A DNA stretch of 64,000 nt from Antechinus flavipes (GCF_016432865.1 NC_067400.1:485150001-485214000), one strand, 5' to 3'; positions 34,851-48,950 are shown, counted from the stretch's first letter. The notes: generated by a model from the sequence alone, not told the origin. Numbers and translations are program-made.

Positions 34851-36219
34851 TTCAGCAAAGACTGACTAAACATTTATTATGAACAGGACACTAATCTAGA
34901 GGATGTAAGTTAATAATTTTCTCCCCCAAAAAGTCTTATTTCATTCCTTCATTACTTCATAGAGGTGACTCTGAGTCCACAAAGACCTAGCAGGGACAAA
35001 TCTTTCACAGGTTCTAACACACTGGGAAGTTTTCAAGAATGGGCCAAGTTTGCTGTCCAAGGCCAGAAAGAATGTACAATGGAGAGGAGATTGAATTTAG
35101 ACTCAGAGGATCCTCCGCCTGTCACTTAATTCTTGTTACCAAGAGATCTGCAAAATCCAAGAGAAGACTTATTGTGGGCAAAGGAAGATCAGGACAAGTT
35201 CTCATATTAAAAATACTGACCTCTTTGTACTTATTTCATTGTTCTTTGCCACACAGTGACATGGATGTATGTCCTTCCCTGCTTTCAGATTGTGCATGTT
35301 TCAGCAATAAGATCAATAACATCTATATCTTATATACTCTGCGCGAGCAGAGAGCTCTTCAAATATTGATAATAAATATTCAGAAGTTAATAAACATTGA
35401 AAACTTAAAAATTGTTAGATTATCATATGATCTTTGTCCAAAGAAAAGTTGGCAAAGAAACTGAACTGTGTCTATTAACACTCCCACTTCTCAATTGTGG
35501 CAATTAAAAGCCTATCCATCTTTTAAATGCCTTCATCTCCGTCTTCCCCAACCTTTCCCCTCCCCCCATCAGTAAAGATCCTTCCTCCCTTTAGTGCTTG
35601 CAAAGTACTTAATTCTCAACAATCCTATTCACTGGTCTTCTGTCCTTCTCTAAGGGATTAAGTTATTTATGCTACATTCTAGAGACAACTGGATGGTTGA
35701 GTGTTTAGAGCACTGGGTCTGAAGTCAGAAAGACCTGAGATGAAATACAACCTCAGATACCATGTGAATTGGGCAAGTCATTTAACCTAATTGCATTATT
35801 GTAGGGAGTGACCTAAGAAAAGTAAGAGTTAAATGAGAAAAGATGAGGAGTAGTTCAATTCAGAGTATTGAGTACGTAGAAGTAGTATAAAATAAGACCA
35901 AAAAAAGTCCAGTGATGCCATATTAGTGGTAGATTAAAATGGCGGGCTAATGGGATTAGATTATATTTAGAAGTCACCATTGAAGAACTTTGAGCAAAAA
36001 AACAACTTGGGCAGTTCTGTATACAAAGAACATTAGTCAAGCACTAGTGTGATGGATTAGAAAAGAGAAAACTAAGTAGGAGGTTGTTGTAATCATCTGG
36101 ATCCTAATGTGGACCTGTTCTAGGGTGGAGGAATTAGTAATAGAAAGATCATAGCATTAGACATAGAAATGGCCCTAGAGTTCATCCACTATCTTCATTT
36201 CATAAGGGAGAAAGCTGAA

Positions 36220-36497
36220 GCTCAGAGGGAGGTGATGCCCTGACATGCAAGTGAATTGGATTTCAGTGAAGGAGGGCTGTGCAAGGTCACCTGCCTTATT
36301 TTCCTCTCCAGAACCATCTGGGTCCAGTGGCAAGATGCAGCTCAGGGTGACTGGAGATATCCCTGGATGCAATGGGAGCCCTTGGCTTTTTTTAAGCTAA
36401 GATCTTTAACAATTCACAATTTGACTGAGGTCGCAATCAGTGATTAAGGCAAAATAACAAATGAGGTAGAGAATGGTCTCTTTTACTTAGTCAAAAA
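36220..36497 (+). mobile_element. WALLSI4-like SINE
   Basis: gggaggtgatgccctgacatgcaagtgaattggattt...ccatctgggtccagtggcaagat...ttttacttagtcaaaaa. Confidence 0.75.
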
Positions 36498-36764
36498 TAA
36501 GTGCAAGAGAGATTGAGGGTAGGATCAATCAGACTTAGTGACTAATAAAAGAGGCAGCACGGAAAGATAAAAGGTTGAACACTCTACACTTTGCACCCTT
36601 TCTAGTTTTGCTAATAACATTCTCTTTTTCTAGAACTGAATTCCTGTCTATCTTTTTACGCCCATTAGATTGTAAATTCCTTGAGGGTAGGGGCTATTTT
36701 TTTTGGTCGCTTTTTGTATCTCCGGTGCTTAGCACAGTGTCTGGCATAAAGTAGGTTTTTATTA

Positions 36765-36990
36765 ATAGGACAGCTAAGTGGAATAGTGGGTCGAATGCAG
36801 GACCTGAAATGAGGAAGACTAATCTTCCTGAATTCAAATAAGATTTCAGATATTTATAAGTTGTGTGACTCTAAGCGAGTCACTCAGTTCCCCATGTATA
36901 AAATGAACTGGAGAAGGAAATAGAAAACTACTCCAGTATCTGCCAAGAATACTGCAAATGGTGTCAAAAAGAGTGAGGCAAGATAGAAAT
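36765..36990 (+). mobile_element. Mar1-like CORE-SINE after an L2 3' end (about 36600-36760)
   Basis: ggacagctaagtggaatagtgg...aactggagaaggaaatagaaaactactccagtatctgccaag. Confidence 0.75.
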
Positions 36991-37387
36991 GACTGAACAA
37001 TAGATATTTATTCATTGATTGATTAAAGCTCAATTTCCTTTTTAATCTTTGTGGAACTATATGCTGTGGTTCCATGCCATCATGGGATTTTATAGGGTTC
37101 TGTATTTCATGAAGCATTAGTTCAATTTCCTTTGTCTCATCTTTATTTAGAGGTTTGGAATCTTTTTGAGGATTAAGTATTTCCTTTATTCCATTTTTAG
37201 TATACTCTTGTTAATTGTTTTTTCTTTTTTTTGAAATCTTTGGTAATTTTAATCGTTTATATTGTTTTTGTTTTGTTGTTTTGCCCTTTCATTCATTTTC
37301 TGACTTTATTGCTTGGACCCTGTTGGTTCAGAGTGAATTGTTTCTGTTTTATCCAGAAACCCGAAGGATTTTCCCCTCCAATTTTGA

Positions 37388-37650
37388 TTTTTTGACTAGG
37401 TAAAAAAGAGGCCATTCTCTGCTTCATTTCTCATCTAATTTTAATCACTGATTGGGCATTGCCTTAGTCAAATTGAGACTACTAAATCTAAGATCTCTCA
37501 CTACATCTGTCAGCAGACCCAGGTGGCTCTGGAGAAAGTAAGGCAGGTGACTTTGTACAGCCCTCCCTCACTTAAATCCAATTCACTTGCATGTCATGGG
37601 ATTCCCTCCCTAATGTCATGGTCCTCTCCAAGAACGAAGGACAAACAGCT
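37388..37650 (-). mobile_element. WALLSI4-like SINE
   Basis: Reverse homolog of 36220-36497 (ccctccctcacttaaatccaattcacttgcatgtcatgg...gaacgaaggacaaac). Confidence 0.75.
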
Positions 37651-38114
37651 CCAACCTTGCTCTTTAGTGATGGATACATCTGGAGGACTGGACTGCAATA
37701 TTGTCTCAGCCTCTTCTCACATTAAAGAATTTATTTTTTTCTGTCCTCAATCTCTCCCAAAATTTGCTTCTGGACATAACAAGATTTACTCCAGATGGAT
37801 TTCAGTCTCCTTTCCTTCAAGCTCAGTGCATGGCACACTGGCTCTCTTTATTAGTTATGTTTGTTCTATGGCTATATTGAATTAATATCTGTCACAGTTT
37901 TCAAGGTTGTGGATGATGTGGTGTTTGCTTAGCTGTCTCTGCAGCCTTGGGTTTTCCTAATCTAAGAGGTCATTCCAAGAAGAGAAAAAATGTCTTTTCT
38001 CCCATTCCTCTGTTTTTTGCCTGTTTTTCCTCATGTGGTTGGGCAGACTCAATGTTTGCCACTTGTACTTGTTTCATTGGGGTGGTGCCTCAGAAGAGTT
38101 TCTGAAGTAAGAAT

Positions 38115-39055
38115 CAAGATTAGAAATGAAGTTGAAAACTGGGGGAAAGAATTTATATCTAAGGTTTCTGATAAAGTCCCCATTTCTAAAATATATAGAA
38201 AATTGACTCAAATTATGAGAGCACAAGCCATTCTCCAATTCGTAAATTGGCTATGAATAGACAATTTTCAGATGAAGAAATTAAAGACATTTCTAGTCAT
38301 ATAAAAAATGCTCTCAGTATCAGAAAAATGCAAATTAAGACAACTCTGAGGTACCACTTCATACCTCTCAGATTGGCTAAAATGACAAGAAAAGATAATA
38401 ATCAATGTTGCAGGGGATGTGGCAAAACTCGGGTACTAATACATTGTTAGGGTAGTTATGAATCGATCCAACCATTCTGGAAAGCAATTTGGAACTATGC
38501 CCAAAGGGCTATAAAACTGTGTATATCCTTTGATCCATCAGTGATTCTGCTAGATCTACATGACAAAGAGATCTTTAAAAAGGGGAAAGGACCCACATGT
38601 GCAAAAATGTTTATAGCAGCCCTTTTTATAGTAGCAAGGAGAGTGGATGTCCATCAGTTGGGGAATAGCTGAATACATTAATGTATGTAAATGAAATGGA
38701 ATATTAACATTCTATAAGAAATAATTAGCCGACTGATTTCAGAAAGGCCTAGAGAGACTTAGATGAACTGATGCTAAGTGAAGTGAATAGAACCAGGCAA
38801 CAACAAGATTATGTGATCAACAATGATGAATTTGGCTCTTTTTAATGATGAAGTAATTCAGTCCAATTTCAATAGATTTGTGATGGAGAGAGCTATCTGC
38901 ATCCAGAGAAGACTATGAGGACTGAATCCCCACTGATGATAAGGATCACAATATAGTATTACACCTTTTTTGTTGTTGTTTGCTTGCTTTTTTTTTCTTT
39001 TTTTTTCCCCTTTTGATCTGATTTTTGTTATACAGCATGATCAATGTGGAAATGT
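38115..39055 (+). mobile_element. LINE-1 ORF2 3' part and 3'UTR, degenerate
   Basis: aaggtttctgataaag...gcaaattaagacaactctgaggtaccac...aggggaaaggacccacatgtgcaaaaatg. Confidence 0.88.
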
Positions 39056-39384
39056 TTCTTTAAAAACTAAGAGGAGAATCCCTATAGAAGTTCAAAACAC
39101 AGAGTACAAAAATACTGTATTTAGGTTATACAGTAACTTGGGGAAGTGTTGTGATTGATAGGAGAGGGAGGCTGAGAATTTTTTCACATCGTAAAGCTGT
39201 CATTTCTTAGATTTCTTGTTTTCTTATTCTTTGGATTCGGTTGTAATTGTTCCATTTGTGGAACAAAACTCTCTTAGGTAATTTTTTTTTAAGTTAGAAA
39301 AAAATTTTTTAATGAACCTGGAGAAAATGTCTAGCTTCCTCTTGACTTAGTCACATGACACAAATTTATCAAAGCCCTCTGCAA

Positions 39385-40075
39385 ATACGGGAGACATTTA
39401 AATGACCCAGTGGATAGAGCACTCAACTGGAGATAGGAAGACGTGAGTTCAAATCCAGCTTCAGACAGCAACTAGCTGTGTGACCCTGAACAAGTCATTT
39501 AACCACTGTTTACTTTAATCCACTGGAGAGGGAAATGACACATTACTCCAGTATTTTTTTCAAGAAAAAGCATGGACAGTATTGACATGATATGATCCAT
39601 GAGATCACAAGGTCAGACACAGTTGAATGACTGGACAATAATTGTACAAATAATACCTCCTTTGAAACCCAAACCTCATTCAGAAATGATCTTTACCCTT
39701 TTGGTCTCACAAAGCATTTCTTTGTTCTCCTCTTAAACATTTAACTCATATAATTTTGTTTTGTGATTATTTGGATATTTAATTTTAGGTTTTCTAGATT
39801 ACAAACCTTTCAGCAGTATAATCTCCCATCTATATATCAAATCCTAACAGTGCTGTATACATAGCAAATGTTTGACAAATCTTGCTGTTCAATTATTCCA
39901 GTCATGTCTTCATGACCCTATCTGGAATTGTTATGGCAATGAGTGGTTTGCCATTTCCTTCCCCAGTGGATTAAGGCAAACACAGATTAAGTGATTTGTA
40001 CAGGGTCACATAACTAGTCATTGTCTAGGCTGGATTTGAAGTCAAGTCTTCCTGATTCCAGATCCAGTATTCTAC
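39385..40075. mobile_element. Two Mar-type CORE-SINEs (about 39385-39640 plus, 39880-40075 minus)
   Basis: gtgagttcaaatccagcttcagac...gctgtgtgaccctgaacaagtc; reverse copy ggtttgccatttccttccccagtggattaaggcaaac. Confidence 0.75.
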
Positions 40076-41680
40076 CAGGCACCAGACTAAGTGCTAGAGA
40101 TACCAAGAGAAAAAAAAAAAAAGACAAAAGGTAATTTCTGCTCTCAAGAAACTAACAATTCAATGGAGGAGATAATAAAGATAATCAAGTTATATGCAGA
40201 ATAAGTAGGAAATAATTAACAGAGAAAAGGAATGTAATAAAGATGAATTGGGGGAGGTTTTCTGTAGAAAGTGAAACTTTATTTGGGACTTAAAGGAAGC
40301 CAGAGAGGTCAGCTGAGCATTCTAGGAATGGGAGAGTGCCAGAGAAAATACCTGGAGCCAAGAGATGGGGAGTAGTCTCATTCACGGAACAGAAAGGTAG
40401 CCAGTGTCGCTGGATTAAAGAGCATGAGTCAAGGAGTAAGATTTAGGACGATTGGAAAGGGGGTAGGGGTGTAGGAGAAGTCTAACCTATAAAGGGCTTC
40501 GAATGCCAAATAGAGAATTTTGTATTTGATCCAGGAGACAAGAGGAAGCCACAATCACTCATACAAAACACAAAAAGACTTGTGGCTTTATTCCAGTTAT
40601 CTCACAGTCCTTCTTTAGCCAATTTACTTTTACTTTCCTGCCATCAATTGTACCCTTTGAAAATTCTTACTGATGGGGTCAGCTTTCATGTCTCAACCAT
40701 TTCTCTTTACTAAATTTCTTTGCTCACATATCCAGTCTGACCTTTCACCTGAGCTTCAGGATCATATTTCCAATCACCCATATTACTTTCACTTGGATAT
40801 CCTGCTATCACTTCAAATCCTCCAAAAGTAAATTGATCACTTTAGCCCTTCTCCTTGCAGAATCTTAGTGTCTTTAAATATCCTTAGCCCCTCCCCTTGC
40901 AGAACCTTAGTTACTTACTGACTTTAAATATTCCTATTTATTAAAATATTAAATATTTCCTATTTCTATTGATTCTACCACTTATCCTCACTAAAGTCTG
41001 AATTGTCCCAATGTGATCCTCAGCTTTCATCCCTAATATGCTGTCAGTCAATAAATCCTAACAGTTCTTCTATCATGACATCTCTAAAATTACCCTTTCC
41101 CCTTCATTCCCATCACTGCCACTCCTTAATCCACAGTTTATGATCTTTATTCTGAATTACTGCCATAGCTTCCTGAACAGTATTTTTGACTTAGACTTCT
41201 TTTCATTGTATTCCATTCGACATGCCAGAGCCATAGTAATCATGCTTACGTTTTAATATTAAGGACATTTCCCCTGTTCCAAGATCTATAGGATCAAGTG
41301 CAACCTAACCACTACAACATTAAGATCACCAATAGCAATTAATAAGACCCAAGAGAAGAAAAAGAAAAAAAAATGAATGAAGTCATGACTAAAGAGAATA
41401 AACCAGATATTATCAATGAATCCTTCAAAAAATCAAGAAGCATCTATTATGTACCTACATAATAGGTTTCTAGAAGAAACTATGACTATATATTCAAAGT
41501 ATGAAATAATACTTTTTAAGGGAGTTTTCATTCTAATGAGAGAGATAAATACATATGAAAAGCACACATCATCAATATAAAGTAAATAAATTTTAACTAA
41601 ATAAAAGGTAGTTTGGAAAAGAGGATACTTAGGAAGGGGAGGAGTTAAGGAAAAGCTTCATGCAGAATATAAAATTTTTT
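40075..41680. mobile_element. L2 fragments in both orientations
   Basis: L2-like gggacttaaaggaagccag...gagcattctaggaatggga (minus) and ccagtctgacctttcacctgagcttcag (plus). Confidence 0.55.
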
Positions 41681-43369
41681 AAAAAGGAAACAGTCTCTCT
41701 GCTCAAGGAACTCACACCTTAGTTGGAGGAGACAACAAATAGATGAGAATTCAGTGGTGAGATGAATGGAAAGGTCCATAAATTGTAAGGGTTCTGAAGC
41801 AGTACAGATAGCAAGAACCATAGAGTACATTTTCAGGATAGATGACAATGCTTGGACATTATAAATTACAAAGTCCAGAAGACTTTGGATAGAGGATCAG
41901 GAAGATGTTATGCTCTTCAATATAATCGTTTTAAAGCCTAGTAGAAGGTATTTCTATACTTACCAATAAACATAACTTTCTCTGGAAGACTTTTCCATTG
42001 GTTAATTTACTGGACCTTTTTTTTTTCCATTTTGGATCTGTGAAAGTTCCAAGTATCAATCTTGCCACTTCCAAGGTCTTTGAAAACAGCCTTGAATCTG
42101 GCCAAAGAAAAATCACCCTCTCAGTAAGCGTTCCAACTCTCATTGTCACTTACTTTAACAGCAGTACCACAGTCCCATTGCAGCTCAAGTGCCAATTGTC
42201 TCTAAAAATGCCTTCAGACAAGGATTATTCTATAATTTGGAACATACACAGCAATGCATTTTAGAATGAGAGCAGGTATTTATAGCAATATGTTTTTCTG
42301 CATTGTGCTATTCACTGCAACAAAGGAAAAAAAACTGATTCTGATGAATGTGTAAGGGTCTGAAAATAAAATACAATTCTGGAGTGACAACAAGGTGAGA
42401 CATCAGGAAATACTGTTGCACAATGAGGAGGTAGTTTTGGAGAATGGGAGTAAAGAGTTCAAACATTCACAGCTTGAGTTTAAGATAAAATATGAGAATA
42501 GCAAAAAAGTAAGTCAGAGGGGCTAGAAGGAGAGAGGAAAATTGTAAGGTTTGAAAACAGTGGTGGTTAAATAAATGATCTGGCTTCCCATGAGCAGGGA
42601 ATGGGTAAAGATTGAGTTTAAACAGAATTTATCAAGCAGCTGTATACTAAGCTCCAGGAAGGAATAAAAAAGAAATATAAAACTGTCCTTTCTTGAAAAG
42701 GCTACAATATTATGGGGGAGAGTTGGGCAGCAAAGAGGAAGATGGAAACAAGTAAAACAAGATATTTCTGCTTATAAATGAAAATATATGGTTCAATGTG
42801 TTGTGTCTCCCAATTAGAATATGAGCTCTTTGATAGTGGGGACTATCTTCCTATATCCCCAGTGCTTAACACAGCAATAAACATAAATCCTTTTTCATCC
42901 ATTTACTTATGCATTCACAAAAGATCACCTTTGATAAGAAGAGGTATTCTTGCCCCAAAATTCTTTCATGAGGGAACTGTGTTATGTGAAATTAGTAAAT
43001 AAATTCCTTACTCTCCTGTTTTTCCTATGGATTCATGCCCTTTCCCCCTGACAATTTTCTTCCCTATGCAAGGCACTTGGTGTGTTGATACTGTTTCTAA
43101 TTTTAGATTCATTTCAAGATAGAAAATAATAAAATAAACTAATTTGTACAAAATTGTATTCATTAATCTTCCACTATATTCCTACTTTCCTAGCTCATTG
43201 TGGAGTGAAGGTAACCCTGAATTCTCAAAGTTCATGCCAACAGAATGAAGGTACCAGAAGATCCAGAGATAAAAAGACTTTGAATATGAGACTAAAAATA
43301 AAATATATGTCTGTCAATTGAATAGCAGTCTCATCAACCATGAAGAAAATCATCATCCGATAGGCTACT

Positions 43370-43555
43370 GTTGCTGTTCAGTCAGTCTGCCTCTTCATGA
43401 CCCTACGGACCGGACCATCCTGTTCAGGGATTTTTGTTGGCAAAGGTACACGAGTGGCCTGCCATTTCCTTCCCCAGTGGATTGATCACACAGCTAGTGT
43501 CTGAGGCCACATTTGAATCCAGGCCCCGGGCTCTATCCACCGAGCCACCTCGCTA
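43370..43555 (-). mobile_element. Mar-type CORE-SINE
   Basis: gttgctgttcagtc...cttcatgacc...gccatttccttccccagtggatt...gtctgaggccacatttgaatccagg. Confidence 0.75.
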
Positions 43556-46500
43556 GCTCAAGATGAGCCACAGAGTGATGCAATTTTTGGCCATATCAAC
43601 TTTCAAAGTTGTGTTTCCATTTGCACAATGGTGCAATTTGGAAGAATTGTGCTCCACATTGGCAGAAAGAGGCAGTCCCCATAATGACAAAGTTGTACTT
43701 TCTCGATAACACTAATATTCTAAACTAATGCATTATTAGACTAAGATTTTATCCTTCCTGAAAATTTGCATTTTAAATAGAAAACTTGGACTAGGATCTT
43801 TCTCATAAGGAAAAATAGCAGAGTTTAGAAATAGAGCTATGTATCGGGAGAGACTCCCCCGGGATGCTTCAGCTCCACTGCAATTGTGGGGACCAGCTGA
43901 GGTGAGACAGAGGCAATTTTCTGGGGCACTTCTAATGGGGCTTGCAATACCCAAGATATTTGGGGGAAGATAGAGGAAACAGAGCTGGCGTGTTTTGTTT
44001 TTTTTTTACCAAACCAGACTGCATGCAATGTTAGGTAGAGAGCATGGGTTAACTAGATTGAAAATCCAGAGGCCAGCTGAGGTTTAGCAATGGATGATCG
44101 CAGTGTGTCCAGCAGGAGGGCTTTGGGATTTTCTCCCATCTACTTTCTTCCGTGTGGTGAAGAGCGAGTGTCTTGGGGTATCTGTATAAGTCTGGGATCG
44201 TGTGTTCGCCTGCTCCAAGGCACAAACCCCACAGAAAAGCTGAAGAAAGACAGACTGCTCCAGAGTCAGTTCCTAGCTGCTGATGCTACCCGCTGAATTC
44301 ATTTTCCCTCCTTATTCCCAAGGGAGGGAATGCCTGGCAGCAGCCACCAGGATAAGTCTTTAATCCGAAGAATGACTTACTAAGGGTGGCATTTCAGGCA
44401 CTGTGGCATATGGGCAGAAACAGTTATGCCAGGTAGGCCTTGCTGGTAGCTCTGAAATCTCCAGGGAGGCAATCATTTCTCCCCTCCAGATGCAGAACTG
44501 GGCCAGTCTCTTTGCTTATATTGCTTGTGTAATACAGAAGTAAACTGGGGATTAGGAAATTTGGAACTGACCTCTACTTATGAGAGAACTCTATCCAAAT
44601 CATATCAGCACTATCAGTTTTCTGTGACTCAGTTTCCCTAACTGCAAAACAGGGATCATTGCAAAGACATGACTAGTGGTCCCTAAAGAAGAGTGAATTA
44701 TTATTATTTAAATACTAACAGATTTATTCGAGACTGTTCGCTTATCTTTGATGTTTGAAATACCCAGCCAATAATAACGAGATGTGATGCGACAACAAAA
44801 ACTCTCCAATTTAGCAAGATTCATTTTGCAAAATCATTGTGGAGCATCTGAATCGTTGCCTAGCTGAGTAGGACAACATCTGGCAAACAAGCAGTGATAT
44901 ATTATAATGTGTTTAGTGCCATATGGCAATGTGTCTTCAATGTCACCTGCAGGTTGAAATGAAAATCCATGTTATTGCTATACCAGGAAAACATAAGAAA
45001 ATTCAGGAGAGATGCTTGAATATGTGGCATGGGTCCTAAGGAAATGTGGTTAAAATATGAAAACAAATGTTGAAATAACAAATTATAATAAAGATGAACA
45101 AATGTGAAGTTTTTAATTACCCCAAAGCCCCAACAACTCAACAAGCCATTCACTTTATCATTAAAACATATATAAATACTGTTATGATAGTCATCTATAA
45201 TAGCCCACCTTGGGATATGAAGGAGGAAATCCAAGGCCATTGATTAGAATTTATACATATGGAGGAAATTGAGATTTTATGTTTGATCCTAAAAAATGCC
45301 AATTATCATATATTCCACTTCTATTGGGGGTGATTGTTCTTTGAATTATGTTCATTTCTTCCAGCATCAAGGTTCCCAAACTTCTCTGGATTTTCCAAGC
45401 TTCTCTGTGGATTTGAAAAGATAAACGGGAAATTTCCATTTTGCCTGAATATTCCCAGGACCTGGCACAAGACACTTAATAAATGTATATCTCAATTTAA
45501 AAAACTAGTTGCAAACTTAGAGAATAACTGAGCCACCCTCTTAGTTTTACAGATGAAAAAAACTGAGACTTAAAGATATTTAGTGATTTGCCCAAGTTCA
45601 TACAGTTGCTAAAAGTCAGCTTCTCTTTGTCCAAATCTAGCCCTTTCTGCTCTCAGCATCATTATATAATGTTGGAATGTATCCCACATTTGTTTTCTCC
45701 TAGAATAGTTTGAAATCATTCTAATCTTCATTTAATGAACTTCACCCCCTAGTAAATTCAACAAACCCTCTCAAAGTCCGATTCCTCATGGATTTATAGT
45801 TTTGAAAAACTCTTTTCATGAAAATTCCTTGGATTATTTATCAGCAATGATTTATGCCTAGCCTGTTTATTTTCTTTTCTTATCAAAAGAGAATATTCTA
45901 TTATCTTTTATCCATTGAATCTTTATTTTCTTCTAACTTCAAGTGATTTATGTTATCTATTTTGTTTTTGGTGAGGATGAAAGCTTTTATAGCTCAAACA
46001 TATGTTCATGGTATGGTTATTTTCACAGAGAAAGTATGTTATATCACTTAGTCATAGTTTAGTCTTCTTATTGCAGAACAGGTTTGTTCCAGAACAGGTT
46101 ATTTAATTGAGAACATTCCTGGACTGAACTCGAGCCCCAGAAACCCAGTTCTGCCATTAATTTACTATGTAAGCTTAGGCTTGCCAATTAAACTCTCTGA
46201 ACCTCAATTTCTCTATCTGTAAGTTCAAGACTTTATGAACTCCAAGGTTCCTTCTAGATCTAACATTGTCTTTGGGCTAAGATTTGTCCTCGAGACTTAA
46301 TTTTCTAACTGTCCTTCTGCCTAAATTAGTAAACATCTGTGATGATAGAGTTTGGGAGGGAGTGTTTTAGCTATGATAAGCAGTTTTGTGGAAAGGAATA
46401 CATAGTAGAATTATTGGACTTTCTGAGTAAACTTGTCAGTTTCAGAGTTTTCAAAGAAGAGAAGGAATAAGAGGAAATCAGAAAGAGTAACTTGGAAGTC

Positions 46501-47149
46501 ATTATCAATATTCCCAACTTCTCTAGCAAACAGTATAAAGTTATGATATAAACAATTTGAGGATAAGATCAGTGATTGCATTTGTGTTATTAATCCTTTC
46601 AGCATCTAGCTCAATGCCTTGCCCATAGTATGGGTTCAACATATATTTGCTGAATTAAGTTGATTTATGGAGTGAACATCATATCAATAAAAGATCTACT
46701 AGGTCAAGATGACAAGAATTTTTCCCCAACACATTGAAATTTAGAGGGATGCTGCTAGAATTTCCAGTACCACAACAGCATAGAAACTAAAATTAGCACC
46801 TAGATAATGAGAATAAATTGTTAGTATGAGAAGATACCAAATGACAGTTTCTTCCTCCTATTGATTACACCCCCAGCAAAGACCCCTCTCCTCCTGGCCT
46901 GCTCCCAAACTACTCACTCCCTCACCATCCAACACCAATCCTAAAATTGTGCTAGATCCTGGAGTCTCTGCCATTATACCTCTTCTACTACTGTATTTGA
47001 AGTCAAGTGGTGCAAAAATTGCTACTTTGAACTAAGATAATCCTTATAATCCTTTGTAAATTAAGATTTACAAAACCATTTCCCTAAATGTACCCTGTGA
47101 CATCAGTAAGGCAAGTATTATTATCTCCCTTTTATATGTGTGATACTGT

Positions 47150-47430
47150 GACTTAGAGAGGAAGGTAGAGAAAATCCTGAAATCAGGAAGACCAAAGTTA
47201 AAATCTGGCCTCAGACATTAGCTGTATGACGCTGGGCAAGTCATTTATGCCCTGTCTGCTTCCGTTTAATCAATTGTAAAATGTGGTTAATAATAGCACT
47301 AGTTTCACAGGGTTGTTGTAAAGATCAAAAAAGGTAATATTTGTAAAATGTCGAAAAAAAAGTCATCATGAACTCTGGGTCAAACCAGGACCTTATTGAT
47401 AACAGTAAGTGCTTAATACATTCTTGCTGA
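47150..47430 (+). mobile_element. MIR/Mar SINE
   Basis: aaatcaggaagaccaaagttaaaatctggcctcagacatta gctgtatgacgctgggcaagtc. Confidence 0.75.
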
Positions 47431-48719
47431 TTAATTAATCTCCTGATTTTCCTGGGAGATATTTGAATCTTACAGGACCAACACACTTATGCAAGGATAT
47501 GAATGATTCTTCTCCCACACACACAAAGTCATCCCATACAAGCATCTTTCTTCTAGCCACCTCCCTCTTGGAAAACTGAGAACTACTTATTCTCCAAAGT
47601 GTATCATAAAATAACACATTGCTTGACTACTAAAGCTCCTCATTATTTAAAAATGTTACTAATCAAACAAATGAATACACATGTACACTGGGTGATGGGA
47701 AAAGTGTTTTATCTATTGGCAAACAAATTAAGGTCTTATTCATTTATTTGAGTTTCTTTCCTCTGGGCTGTAGATGTAAAAACAAGCAAACGTGCTCCTT
47801 TTTTGAAAAGATTGCTTGGTTGCTTGCTTTTACATCCACAAATAAACAGACGACCTAGCAGTAAGGTTATTTTAAAATGCATTCCCCTAACAGACTAGGC
47901 AGCCATTGGGGTCTCTCAGTGGGGAAGCCTAGTTTGCCATCTTTATTTAAAAAATGTATGGAGCGACCACCACCGTGCTGAGGACAGAAGAATCACACAA
48001 CCGGGGTTTGCTACCCCCTAATCACCACTTAATTTTCATTTTGGTTCTTAGAAAATGAGTGCAAAAAATGAAAATGAAGTAACAGCTGAAGGATAGAGTC
48101 CACAGCTCTGTGATTTCTAATGTCTGGTTCAGCTCTTCAGGAATACAGTCAAATTCCCCATGACAGCCCAGGCCCCCAACCCATGCCAGGCCTTCTGGTT
48201 CAGGGGCTCTGTGCACTCCGAGCTAGAGCTTAGAGGGAGATCAATAGAGCTGACCTGACTATGGAACAAAGGCACCCTAGCCCTAATTGACAGATTCACT
48301 GGGTCCCCAACTGCTAGTCACCAAGTAACCAAGAATTTTAGTGGCATCAGAAAACCTCAATTCAAATCCTAGCCCCAAAATACACTACAAAAAGACTTTC
48401 TTTAGGTCATTTTACCACTCATTCTCCTCATTTGGAAGATGAGAGGTGGCCTAAGATTTTTAGGTTTTAGCTAGATTTTTAGGTAGATTTCCATCTTTAG
48501 ATAAAATCTAATTTTTTTAAGGAAAGCTTCTGTACAGGAGAAGTGAAAAGTTTTAATCAAATTATTATAAATCATTCTATGCAATGCCTAACACAGAGAC
48601 ACAAAGGGAGAAGCACTTAGTGTTTTCTGACCATATCAATCATGTAGATATTGACAGGCAATCCCAACAAATAATTTTTAAAATTTTTTTTTAATGCTTA
48701 ACAGAGTAACAGAGAAGAT

Positions 48720-48950
48720 ATATAGCTAATCCTGGAGTTAGGAAGACCTGAATTCCAGTCTAGTAATGCTTACAAACTATATAATTCTGGACAAATCATT
48801 TAACTTTTATCTTTGTCTCTTTTTCCTCATCTGTAAAATAGAGATAAGAATAGCACTATTTCACAGTCATTAGGATAAAATGAGACAATACTTATAAAGC
48901 ATTTTGTATACCTTAAATAATCATATAAATGCTAATTATTATTACTATCA
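48720..48950 (+). mobile_element. MIR SINE whose 3' part plus downstream flank is duplicated at 49489-49666
   Basis: ggagttaggaagacctgaattccag...ttcctcatctgtaaaatag...cttaaataatcatataaatgcta. Confidence 0.8.

Noticed and set aside
35039-35464. Longest non-L1 ORF (141 aa) starting MGQVCC, resembling a dual-acylation N-terminus
   Set aside because: No recognisable domain, and the C-terminal half is AT-rich junk. With about 7% stop probability per codon over six frames, roughly 0.3 ORFs of this length are expected by chance in the window.
46074-46100. AGAACA...TGTTCC steroid-response-element-like palindrome
   Set aside because: The spacer is 4 nt rather than the required 3; an isolated motif
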